From positions 52,531 through 116,530 of the forward strand of contig CAYMNV010000002.1 of NCBI GenBank assembly GCA_964391915.1: 64,000 bases of DNA, read 5' to 3'. Below the pieces are notes generated by a model that was given only the letters and a program-made list of their open reading frames with translations, searched no databases and was not told the DNA's origin. This document shows positions 47,229 through 55,356 of the stretch, piece after piece; positions within the stretch are counted from its first letter, which is position 1; each line of letters starts with the position of its first letter. The stretch is from an uncultured Oscillospiraceae bacterium (GTDB lineage: Bacteria > Bacillota > Clostridia > Oscillospirales > Ruminococcaceae). A program made the position numbers and the translations under genes.

Positions 47229-48419
47229 TCAGGCGCCGGCGCCTTTTGCCCGGCATTCTTCCACGAAACGGCCGATGCGCTGCAGGGCTTCCATCAGGTG
47301 ATCCAGCGAATAGGAATAGGAAATCCGGATGAAGCCTTCTCCGCAGTCGCCGAATGCGTCGCCCGGGACGACGGCCACATGCTGTTTCTGGAGCAGCTGC
47401 TCACAAAACTGCGCGGAGCCGAGCCCCGTGGATTTGATACAGGGAAAGACGTAGAAGGCGCCCTGCGGCTCGAAGGTGTGCAGGCCGAGGTTGTTGAGGC
47501 CCTCCACGAGAAAGCGCCTGCGCATGTCGTATTCCTTGACCATCGCGGCGACCTCCTCGTCGCAGTCCCGCATGGCGACGATCGCCGCGTACTGGCTGGT
47601 GGTCGGGGAGCTCATGATCGCAAACTGGTGAATCTTGAGCATCTGGGTGATGACCGGAGCGGGTCCCGCGGCATAGCCGAGCCTCCATCCGGTCATGGCG
47701 TAGGCCTTGGAGAAGCCGTTGACCACGATGGTGCGCTCTCTCATGCCGTCGAGCTCCGCGATGGAGACATGGCGTTCACCGCCGTAAGTAAGCTCCGAAT
47801 AGATTTCGTCGGAGAGGACGAACAGGTTATGTTTTCTGACGATCTCGGCGATGGGTTCAAGATCTTCGCGCCGCATGACCCCGCCGGTCGGATTGTTTGG
47901 GAAGGGCAGGACCAGCAGTTTCGATTTCGGCGTGATGGCGGCCTCCAGCTCCTCGGGAGTCAGACGGAAGTCGTCCTCCTCCTTCGTCACGATCGGAACG
48001 ACCACCCCGTCGGACATCCGGCAGATCGGGTCGTAGCAGACGAAGCAGGGTTCCGGCAGCAGCATTTCGTCGCCGGGTTCGATCAGCGCGCGGATGCACA
48101 GGTCGATCGCCTCCGAGCCGCCCACCGTAACGAAAAGCTCGTTTTTGGGGCTGTACTCGAGGCCGAGGCGCCGCCGCAGGTAGTTGGAGATTTCACTGCG
48201 CAGCTCGGTAAGGCCGGCGTTTGCGGTGTACCAGGTGCGGCCTTTTTTCAGGGAGTCGATGCCGGCCTCGCGGATCAGCCACGGCGTGCGGAAATCCGGC
48301 TCTCCCACGCCGAGCGAGAGGACGTCGTCCATCTCGGCGGCGAGGTCGAAAAAGCGCCGGATGCCGGAAGGCTTCAGCGAAAGGGCCTTTTTCGACAGAA
48401 ATTGGTTATAGTCAATCAA
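47229..48419 (-). CDS. Class I/II pyridoxal-phosphate-dependent aminotransferase (AspB-like)
   Basis: PLP-lysine block NGFSKAYAMTGWRLGY; PNNPTG motif (FPNNPTGGV). Confidence 0.85.
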   Translation of the reverse strand: MIDYNQFLSKKALSLKPSGIRRFFDLAAEMDDVLSLGVGEPDFRTPWLIREAGIDSLKKGRTWYTANAGLTELRSEISNYLRRRLGLEYSPKNELFVTVGGSEAIDLCIRALIEPGDEMLLPEPCFVCYDPICRMSDGVVVPIVTKEEDDFRLTPEELEAAITPKSKLLVLPFPNNPTGGVMRREDLEPIAEIVRKHNLFVLSDEIYSELTYGGERHVSIAELDGMRERTIVVNGFSKAYAMTGWRLGYAAGPAPVITQMLKIHQFAIMSSPTTSQYAAIVAMRDCDEEVAAMVKEYDMRRRFLVEGLNNLGLHTFEPQGAFYVFPCIKSTGLGSAQFCEQLLQKQHVAVVPGDAFGDCGEGFIRISYSYSLDHLMEALQRIGRFVEECRAKGAGA

Positions 48420-48897
48420 GGCCGTAGAGCCTCCTTTCGTCCTTCTCCGGATCCTCGATCAGCAGGTTGCGCTCCTTGTAGCGGCGGAGCACGAAGTTGG
48501 TCGCGGTGGAGGTGACGGAATCCAGTGTGGCGAGGCGTTTGGCCACGAACATGGAAACCTCGCGAAAATTCCGTCCACGGACGACGACGGCAAGATCGTA
48601 GCTGGAGCTGCTCATCAGCCAAACGGCCTCGACCTCTTCAAAATGTGTGATTTCCTCGGCAATTTCTTCGTAGCCGCGGTCGCGTTTCGGGCGTACTTTC
48701 ACTTCGATATAGGCGGTGCAGTCGTCGGCGTCGGCCTTTTCCCAGTTGATCAGTGCGTTATATCCGAGGATGATGCGGTCTTTTTCATATTGTTCGATCT
48801 CTTTCCGGATCTCTTCCTCCGGCAGGTCGAGCAGGGCCGAGAGCTGGGCATCCGTAAGCTTTGCGTTCATTTCCAGAAGCTTTAATAAATCTTTCAT
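48412..48897 (-). CDS. Lrp/AsnC-family transcriptional regulator
   Basis: N-terminal HTH (LLEMNAKLTDAQLSALLDLPEEEIRKEI) plus an RAM-like domain. Overlaps the aminotransferase start by 8 nt. Confidence 0.85.
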   Translation of the reverse strand: MKDLLKLLEMNAKLTDAQLSALLDLPEEEIRKEIEQYEKDRIILGYNALINWEKADADDCTAYIEVKVRPKRDRGYEEIAEEITHFEEVEAVWLMSSSSYDLAVVVRGRNFREVSMFVAKRLATLDSVTSTATNFVLRRYKERNLLIEDPEKDERRLYGLD

Positions 48898-48917
48898 AAT
48901 AGAATCTCCTTATGAAG

Positions 48918-49739
48918 TTATTTCAGTTCGGCCAGCTGAGGCTGACGATTAATATAATAGGTAAAATACTTGTATCCCGCTTCGCAGGCGAGGTCCATGC
49001 CTTCTGTGATATCGGTGCCGAGCGTATCCGTATCGTGCGCGCCGGAGCCGATGGTGACGAATTCGCCGCCCAGTTCACGGAAACGCCTGACATAGCGCAC
49101 GGAAGGCTGCACCGCATGCGCGCGGCCGCGCAGAGCGGAAGTGTTGATTTCCAGGGCGATCCCTTTTTTGGCCGCCAAGCGCAGGATCTCCTCAACGAGA
49201 TCCTCGCAGGGCCGCAGGTACGCATCCTCCGCGTCGGCGCGGCCAAGATAGCGCAGCGGGAAGGTGAGCTGGGAGAGAACGTCGAATTTTCCCCAGAGCA
49301 CCATTTGGCGGACCTGCTCAAAGTAGCCGGAGATGAGCCCGGAGAGCTCCTCCTCCGCAAAGTCGGGAGCCTGAATGCGGGAAGGTCTTCTGCCGTCCGC
49401 AAACGTCTTTATGGAAGCAAGCACGAGGTCGAAGGGGTAGAGCGAAGCGATCTTTTCCGCATGCTCCGGATCGGCGATGGGCTGACTCAGCTCGATGCCG
49501 CAGGAAAGAATCAGGCTGTCGCCGAAGGCGGCCCTGGCTTTATATACGCTGTAGACGGATGCTCTGACACGCTCGCCGAACTGTTTTTCCACGTACCGGT
49601 CGAAGTCACAGCAGTCGGTAATAGCGATCCCGGTGAGGCCTTTGCGGACTGCCTGTTCACACAGGGCCATCACCGGATCACGACCTTGGGGAGAGCAATC
49701 GCTGTGGACGTGGCTGTCAAATTTATTCAAATAAAACAA
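48918..49739 (-). CDS. PHP-family phosphoesterase (HisJ/HisK-type histidinol-phosphatase-like)
   Basis: FDSHVHSDCSPQG metal site, ITDCCD, and C-terminal GSGAHD. Confidence 0.75.
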   Translation of the reverse strand: MFYLNKFDSHVHSDCSPQGRDPVMALCEQAVRKGLTGIAITDCCDFDRYVEKQFGERVRASVYSVYKARAAFGDSLILSCGIELSQPIADPEHAEKIASLYPFDLVLASIKTFADGRRPSRIQAPDFAEEELSGLISGYFEQVRQMVLWGKFDVLSQLTFPLRYLGRADAEDAYLRPCEDLVEEILRLAAKKGIALEINTSALRGRAHAVQPSVRYVRRFRELGGEFVTIGSGAHDTDTLGTDITEGMDLACEAGYKYFTYYINRQPQLAELK

Positions 49740-49933
49740 GCGCAGTCCCTCCCATGTATATTTTTTTCATACTATCATATTTTTTTCAGTAATGCAAAGA
49801 TTTTGTTGATGCAAGTCTCCCGAAAAACTGCAATTTGCCATGAAAAAAGAAACCAGAGGCCCCGGATTTTTTTACCGGGAAGGCTGTTGACAAATCGTGG
49901 TTTCTGTGATATTATCAATCCCGTCGCTGAGAT

Positions 49934-50009
49934 GCTGGTGTAGCTCAGTCGGTAGAGCAGCTGATTTGTAATCAGCAGGTCGGGGGTTCGAATCCGTCCA
50001 CCAGCTCCA
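49934..50009 (+). tRNA. tRNA-Thr (anticodon UGU)
   Basis: Hand-folded 76-nt cloverleaf. Acceptor GCTGGTG/CACCAGC, D stem GCTC/GAGC, anticodon stem GCTGA/TCAGC, loop TTTGTAA, T loop TTCGAAT, encoded CCA. One G-G mismatch in the T stem. Confidence 0.85.
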
Positions 50010-50032
50010 CCGTTCCGGCGCAAAATGAATAT

Positions 50033-50118
50033 GGGAGCGTACCCAAGTGGCTAAAGGGGGCAGACTGTAAATCTGTTGTCTAACGACTACGGTGGTTCGA
50101 ACCCACCCGCTCCCACCA
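50033..50118 (+). tRNA. tRNA-Tyr (anticodon GUA)
   Basis: 86 nt. Acceptor GGGAGCG/CGCTCCC, anticodon loop CTGTAAA, long variable arm (TGTCTAACGACTAC), T arm GGTGG-TTCGAAC-CCACC, encoded CCA. Confidence 0.9.
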
Positions 50119-50122
50119 GAGA

Positions 50123-50172
50123 AAAACCGCACGGTTAAGCCTTAATTGGCATGCTGTGCGGTTTTTGTTTTT
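50123..50172 (+). terminator. Intrinsic terminator after the tRNA pair
   Basis: AAAACCGCAC...GTGCGGTTTT followed by TGTTTTTT. Confidence 0.8.
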
Positions 50173-50186
50173 TGTCTTAAAATCGG

Positions 50187-50219
50187 TTTGACCCCAATTT
50201 GACCACAATTTGACCCCAC
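50187..50219 (+). repeat. Three tandem 11-bp direct repeats
   Basis: TTTGACCCCAA TTTGACCACAA TTTGACCCCAC, located between the tRNA terminator and the recombinase remnant. Confidence 0.9.
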
Positions 50220-50232
50220 TTTTCAAAAAAAT

Positions 50233-50430
50233 CAGTAGGCCAGCTTCTGCGATGCGTTCTTGATGTCCTCGGCGTCTACGTCAAAGTAAATCTGCGCGGT
50301 CGCCAGCGAAGCGTGGCCGAGAATCTTCTGCACGTCTTTTGCCAAGGCACCGCCGCGGGTGAGGCAGGTGACAAACGTGTGCCGGCACTTGTGCGAAGAC
50401 AGATCATCCATCAGTTTCTCTCGGCTTACT
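50233..50430 (-). pseudogene. 3'-terminal remnant of a tyrosine recombinase/integrase gene
   Basis: My translation of the minus strand: ..REKLMDDLSSHKCRHTFVTCLTRGGALAKDVQKILGHASLATAQIYFDVDAEDIKNASQKLAY*. It carries the HxxR and LGH...Y catalytic blocks. The upstream in-frame sequence loses similarity, and a stop at 50577-79 leaves no room for the ~250 N-terminal residues. Confidence 0.7.
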
Positions 50431-50592
50431 ATAAAGGCAGCGTTGACGACATGGGTTATCCCGGTGTTGATTCCGATGGGAAAAGTTGTATAATATAAAC
50501 CGATCCCGGCGCTTTTTGCATAAAAAAGGATTTTTCCGGGGGGCTGTTTTCCGGGATGCCCGGCAGGACATAAATTTTAAAACGGAGTGCCT

Positions 50593-51876
50593 ATGAGCGA
50601 AACGAATGCGATTGTGGAGGCATACAGCGTCGTCATCTCCATGCTGCTGATCTCGTGCCTCGTTTTCTGCAAGGATTACAAAACAAAGCTGGGGCGGCTG
50701 TTTCTTGCGATGCTCATCGTAAATGTGCTGATCCTTGCAAGCGACATCATCACATGGGTTTTTGACAAAAATCCGAGATACAACACCTTGATGATGGCGG
50801 CAAACTTTTTTGTCTATCTCTGGAGTTATGTTTTCGCCGCATTTTATACCACATATCTGACAGCCTGTATCGAGCAGAAAAAACCGCTCCGCCGCGCGAA
50901 AGCATTTCTGTATACGGTTTACGGAACATGCATGCTCGCAGCCGTCATGCTCGTGGTATCTCTGTTTAACCATATGTATTTTTATCTTGATGAGTATGGC
51001 GCCTATATCCGCGGGCCGCTGTATAGTGTTTCCCTGATTTTTTCGATCTGTCTGGACATCGCCAATATGGCGATGATTCTTATCCATTGCAGGGTACTTG
51101 GGCTGCCGGATACGCTTGCGCTGCTTTCCTACGGTTTTCTGCCCCTCATCGCGATGGCCGTGCGCATTTACATCTACGACATCACATTTTTGTATTCCTC
51201 CACCACCGTGTCGCTGCTTATCATTTATATTTATATTCAAAACAAACAGAGGCAGCGGCTGTATCGGCAGGAGCGGGAGCTTGCCGAATCGAAAGTCGAT
51301 CTGATGATTTCCCAGATCCAGCCGCATTTCATCTTTAATACGCTGAATTCGATCCGAGAGCTGATCTACAGCGACGTCAACAAGGCCGATCAGATGGTCG
51401 TCCATTTTTCCAAATATCTGCGTGCCAATATCGGTTCCCTGCAGAGCACCTCGGTCGCCTTTTCCGACGAACTGCAGAATGTGGGGGTTTACCTGTCGAT
51501 TGAAAAGGAACGCTTCGGCGATAAAATCCGTTATGTGGAAGAGATCGGCTGCCGGTCGTTTTTCCTTCCGCCGCTGATCATCCAGCCGATCGTGGAGAAT
51601 GCCGTAAAGCACGGCATCTGCCAAAAAGCGGAGGGCGGCACCGTCAGACTCACCACGCAGCCCGAAGGAGACTACATAAAAATCACCATTGAAGACGACG
51701 GGGCGGGGTTTGACGTCGCGGAGAAAAAAGCGGATTCCGTCGGCATCAATAACGTCAGAATGCGGGTGAAATACATGCTCGGAACCGATATGAAAATCGA
51801 GAGCGAACCCGGCATCGGCACGAGGGTGGAAATTCTGGTGCCCCAAAACTACGCGGGAGAGGATGAGCATCGTTGA
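50593..51876 (+). CDS. LytS/YehU-type sensor histidine kinase (His_kinase + HATPase_c), polytopic N-terminus
   Basis: Track ORF starts at GTG 50587; ATG 50593 is 6 nt from AACGGAG. About 6 TM helices, then the family signature ISQIQPHFIFNTLNSI and an ATPase domain (VENAVKHG, DDGAGF, GIGTR). Confidence 0.85.
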   Translation: MSETNAIVEAYSVVISMLLISCLVFCKDYKTKLGRLFLAMLIVNVLILASDIITWVFDKNPRYNTLMMAANFFVYLWSYVFAAFYTTYLTACIEQKKPLRRAKAFLYTVYGTCMLAAVMLVVSLFNHMYFYLDEYGAYIRGPLYSVSLIFSICLDIANMAMILIHCRVLGLPDTLALLSYGFLPLIAMAVRIYIYDITFLYSSTTVSLLIIYIYIQNKQRQRLYRQERELAESKVDLMISQIQPHFIFNTLNSIRELIYSDVNKADQMVVHFSKYLRANIGSLQSTSVAFSDELQNVGVYLSIEKERFGDKIRYVEEIGCRSFFLPPLIIQPIVENAVKHGICQKAEGGTVRLTTQPEGDYIKITIEDDGAGFDVAEKKADSVGINNVRMRVKYMLGTDMKIESEPGIGTRVEILVPQNYAGEDEHR

Positions 51877-52655
51877 AAGCGATCTATGTCGACGACGAAA
51901 ATCTGGCCCTGAGTCTTTTTTGCCGGATCACGGAAGGCCTCGGCGGCGTGACGTTTGAAGTGTTCGGCGATCCCGGCGGCGCCCTTTCCTATGCCGAAAC
52001 GAATCCGATCGATCTTGCCTTTCTGGATATCGAAATGCCGGATCTCGGCGGCATTGAGCTTGCAAAAAGGCTGAAGGAACTGGATCCCAATATCAGCGTG
52101 GTGTTTGTGACGGCCTATGCAAAGTATGCCCTCGACGCCTTTGGGGTGGATGCGATCGGTTACCTTTTAAAGCCGTACCTCCGCGAGGATATCGAAAAGT
52201 ACATCGAAAAGAAAAAGCACATCCTTCCGGTTTACAGAAAAAGCGTGCGGATTCAGACCATGCCGGATTTTCATCTTTTTGTGGATGGCGCGGAGATCCG
52301 GCTCGGCAATACCAAATATGCGGAAATGCTGGCGGCGATCGTGGCTTCCGGCGGCAGCGTCTCCTCCTCCAATTTATCCTTTCTGTTGTGGGAGGATTCC
52401 GCGCTGACGGAGAAGACGATGAATGCCTTTCGGGTCGCCTTCAGCCGTCTCAAAAGCATTCTGGAGGGAAACGGGATCGGCTATATCCTGCACAGCGACA
52501 AAACCACGCGGTATCTCGATAAAAATGCGGTATCCTGCGACTTCTTTGACTTACTGGACGGAAAGGAAGAGGCAATCAAAAGCTATAAGGGATTCTTTTT
52601 GGAGGAATATGCATGGTCGGAGTCAATTAAGGAAAAGCTGAAAATCCATATATAA
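51873..52655 (+). CDS. Response regulator: receiver + SARP/OmpR-like winged-helix output
   Basis: TTG start overlapping the kinase stop (TTGA). REC (IYVDDE, FLDIEMPDLGG, YLLKP). C-terminus VRIQTMPDFHLFVDGAEIRLGNTKYAEMLAAIVASGGSVSSSNLSFLLWED...AFSRLKSIL...RYLD...CDFFD follows the pattern of SARP N-terminal wHTH domains. Confidence 0.75.
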   Translation: MKAIYVDDENLALSLFCRITEGLGGVTFEVFGDPGGALSYAETNPIDLAFLDIEMPDLGGIELAKRLKELDPNISVVFVTAYAKYALDAFGVDAIGYLLKPYLREDIEKYIEKKKHILPVYRKSVRIQTMPDFHLFVDGAEIRLGNTKYAEMLAAIVASGGSVSSSNLSFLLWEDSALTEKTMNAFRVAFSRLKSILEGNGIGYILHSDKTTRYLDKNAVSCDFFDLLDGKEEAIKSYKGFFLEEYAWSESIKEKLKIHI

Positions 52656-52668
52656 CCAAGAATTTTGG

Positions 52669-52708
52669 AAGATCCTGCGGAAAAAACAAAGCCGCAGGAT
52701 CTTTTTTT
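52669..52708 (+). terminator. Intrinsic terminator after the two-component genes
   Basis: AGATCCTGCGG-n10-CCGCAGGATCT followed by T7. Confidence 0.9.
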
Positions 52709-52736
52709 GGTCTTTTTTGCGAATTTCCTGTCGAAA

Positions 52737-52770
52737 TGTAACGGTTCTGTAACGGTCTCTTTTTTATAAT
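52737..52770 (+). promoter_or_regulatory. Direct-repeat activator site plus -10 element
   Basis: TGTAACGGT at 52737-45 and 52748-56 (exact, 11-bp phasing). TATAAT at 52765-70 begins 8 bp after the second repeat. No -35 hexamer. Confidence 0.55.
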
Positions 52771-52795
52771 ATAAGAAGAAAAAGCGCGGATATTC

Positions 52796-54370
52796 ATGGG
52801 GATGATTCTGAAAACGGGCCGTGAAAAGCCGGGCGCGCCGGCCGGACACGGTTCCCATTTGCGGGAAGGGATACGGAACATGGTAAAAGCAACCAGAGCA
52901 GGCGGCTTTGCGGCACAAAACGGCGGCACCATCCTCAACTGTTACAGCACCGTTATGCTGAAAGCAAAATGTACCGCAACCGGCGGCTTTGTCGGAGAGA
53001 ACGACGGAAGCATTTCAAAAAGTTTCTGCGGCGGCCGGCTCGGGCATCTGACCGGCGGCTTTGTCGGCGTGGGCGGCGGCAGCCAGAAGGACGGGTGCTA
53101 TTTTTTCTATGCGGGAAAAAACGACGGCGGAAAACTTTCGGCGCTGTTTGACGGCTACCTCGGTCAGCAGATCAAAAACATAAAAAATGCGCAGGACACG
53201 GAAAATCTCGGTTACGACCTTCAAACGATCTTTGAATATACGGAAGGGGAGAAGGTTCCGCTTCGTTTCAACCCCGAAAACTGGCTGTTCGATACGGAGC
53301 GGGATTGCGGGACTGCACCCTCCGTGCTCATAAAAACGGCGGACGAGCTGTATGAGCTCGCGGAAAAAATCAACGGCGGCGACCGCGGGCTTGCCGGTGC
53401 CCATATCGCCTTGGAACATGATCTCGATCTGGGCGGCAGGGAATGGATACCGATCGGCTCGGACCGGACAAACGCTTTTACCGGGGTGTTTGACGGTGCG
53501 GGGCATACGGTTAAAAATTTTGTCGTCAAAAACAAATCCGTTCAGGATAAAGGCTTTTTCGGCTTTCTGAAAGGTAAGGTTTATAACCTTTCGGTGGACT
53601 GCATCCTGAGGGACGGCCTGTGCGTCGGCGGAATCGCCGCACGGTGCGACGGCGGCACGATCGGGTGCTGCTCCGCCGTGGTGGGGATATCCGGGAAAGC
53701 GGAGGATGCCGGCGGCCTGGTGGGAAGAAACAGCGGGGTAATTTTTCAAAGCTATGCGGGCGGCGTGCTGGAGACCGAGGCGATTCCTTGGCGATGGCTG
53801 TTATTGCCCGTTATTTTTGCTCTGCTGGCGGTTCTGATCTGGAGTTTTTCCAACGCAAGAAACAGCATCCCGATTTTTGCTCCGGTCCCCTACGATCCGG
53901 ATGCGGTCATCAATCCGGAGGAGAGCGGCGATGCCTCCCAACCCGGCGGCAACTTCGTCTCCTTCCAATTTGAGCAGAATATCGACGTGGATCTCTCCGC
54001 GGGGCTCTGCAACTTCAATTTTAAAAACCCGGGCGAATCCAATCACAATATCGTGGTAAAGCTTCAGTTCACCGACTCCCAGGCGGTCACCATCATGGGC
54101 AGCACGGGCAGAACCGAAAAGGAGCAGAAGAAGCTCGAAAGCACGGAGGGCTACGACCCCGACACCTACCGCGTCACCATCGCGGAATCCGGAGCCATCC
54201 GTCCGGGCTATCTGCTGGAAAATCTCCGCTTAGTCGATCAGGCAAACGGTGCGACGGTTCCTCCGGGGAGCTACAACGCCGTGGCCTACCTGATCTTCTA
54301 TGATAAAGACACGAATGAACGGGCGATGCTGGAATCGCAGCTTCCGGTCGTCATTACCGTTCATGACTAA
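52796..54370 (+). CDS. GLUG-motif protein with internal TM helix and C-terminal small domain
   Basis: GLUG-type repeats (GGFVGENDGSISKSF, VGGIAARCDGGTIGCCSA, AGGLVGRNSGVIFQSYAGG) plus the usual LDLGGREWIPIG...FTGVFDGAGHTVKNF core. TM helix WRWLLLPVIFALLAVLIWSF, then ~165 aa. No signal peptide. The better RBS (GGGAAGGG) precedes ATG 52880. Confidence 0.7.
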   Translation: MGMILKTGREKPGAPAGHGSHLREGIRNMVKATRAGGFAAQNGGTILNCYSTVMLKAKCTATGGFVGENDGSISKSFCGGRLGHLTGGFVGVGGGSQKDGCYFFYAGKNDGGKLSALFDGYLGQQIKNIKNAQDTENLGYDLQTIFEYTEGEKVPLRFNPENWLFDTERDCGTAPSVLIKTADELYELAEKINGGDRGLAGAHIALEHDLDLGGREWIPIGSDRTNAFTGVFDGAGHTVKNFVVKNKSVQDKGFFGFLKGKVYNLSVDCILRDGLCVGGIAARCDGGTIGCCSAVVGISGKAEDAGGLVGRNSGVIFQSYAGGVLETEAIPWRWLLLPVIFALLAVLIWSFSNARNSIPIFAPVPYDPDAVINPEESGDASQPGGNFVSFQFEQNIDVDLSAGLCNFNFKNPGESNHNIVVKLQFTDSQAVTIMGSTGRTEKEQKKLESTEGYDPDTYRVTIAESGAIRPGYLLENLRLVDQANGATVPPGSYNAVAYLIFYDKDTNERAMLESQLPVVITVHD

Positions 54371-54391
54371 AAAACAAAGGAGAAGATAACC

Positions 54392-55153
54392 ATGAAAAAA
54401 GTTTTATCAGCTGCCATTGCGCTTATGATGATGATGGCGATGTTTGTCCCGGCATTTGCGGAAGACGGCGTTGCGCCTGCGGCACCGGCGGGCGGCACGG
54501 CGGCGGTCACCAGCAGCGACGGCACAACCTGGGTAGTCGCCAACGACGACGATGAAATTACCTCGAGTTCCGACCACGAAACCAATATCAACGTCTGGGC
54601 GGAGGTCAAGGACAACGGAACGAGCGTCTACAAAGTTGACATCACCTGGGGCGAAATGAAATTCGAGTTTAACAGCGGAACAAAATGGAATGTGGATACC
54701 CATACTTACACCGCTGTGGAGGGCGTCACCGCGGGATGGCAGGTGAACGGTTATTTGGACGGAACGAACAACAGGATTATCGTAACCAACCACTCCAATG
54801 AGGCCATTGAGGCCACCTTTGCGTATGCCATGGCCGATACGAATATCTTCAACACCGATGCGAGCGCCAGTAATCCAACGCACGTGGTCGGCAACTTCTT
54901 TGAGGACAACACAGCCGCGGTAACCGCCGCCGGCGTTTCCGACGTAAGCACTGTCGTGGGTACGATCACAGGCAACAAGATAACAGTTGCCTCCGCCGAT
55001 AACGGCACAGAAGGCGGAGCCGGAAATCCTGTAACGGAAGATGTCTTCTTCGCGTTCAGCGGCATTCCGGATTCGGGCAAAGGCGCGGACCTCGCCGATT
55101 TCACCAAGGTCGGCGTGATCACCGTCACGATCGCGGTTGCTGCTGTTGGATAA
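54392..55153 (+). CDS. Secreted protein sharing a C-terminal domain with the 1116-aa protein
   Basis: AAGGAGAAG RBS and signal peptide MKKVLSAAIALMMMMAMFVPAFA. Residues ~65-253 are paralogous to 58771..59247 (VYKVDITWGEMKF, WNVDTHTY, NNRIIVTNHSNEA, FTKVGVITVTI). Confidence 0.8.
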   Translation: MKKVLSAAIALMMMMAMFVPAFAEDGVAPAAPAGGTAAVTSSDGTTWVVANDDDEITSSSDHETNINVWAEVKDNGTSVYKVDITWGEMKFEFNSGTKWNVDTHTYTAVEGVTAGWQVNGYLDGTNNRIIVTNHSNEAIEATFAYAMADTNIFNTDASASNPTHVVGNFFEDNTAAVTAAGVSDVSTVVGTITGNKITVASADNGTEGGAGNPVTEDVFFAFSGIPDSGKGADLADFTKVGVITVTIAVAAVG

Positions 55154-55200
55154 GTAAACGGTGCTAATCTTCTGCAAGTAGAGATTCTACTCCGCACCGG

Positions 55201-55269
55201 CCTTCCCTTTCACGGGATGGGCGGCATAAAAATGGGATAGGATCCATTCGCCGCCCGTGAAAGGGAAGG
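55201..55269 (+). other. Long imperfect intergenic stem-loop
   Basis: CCTTCCCTTTCACGGG(atg)GGCGG ... CCGCCCGTGAAAGGGAAGG. 19 bp with a 3-nt bulge, ~26-nt loop, no T-run. Confidence 0.6.
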
Positions 55270-55356
55270 CATTGCATAAGGGAGCAGATCCGACCGTCTC
55301 ACGCTGCGGGAGACGGAAACCTTTTTTCAACGTTTTTTGCAGAAAGGACAAGCATT

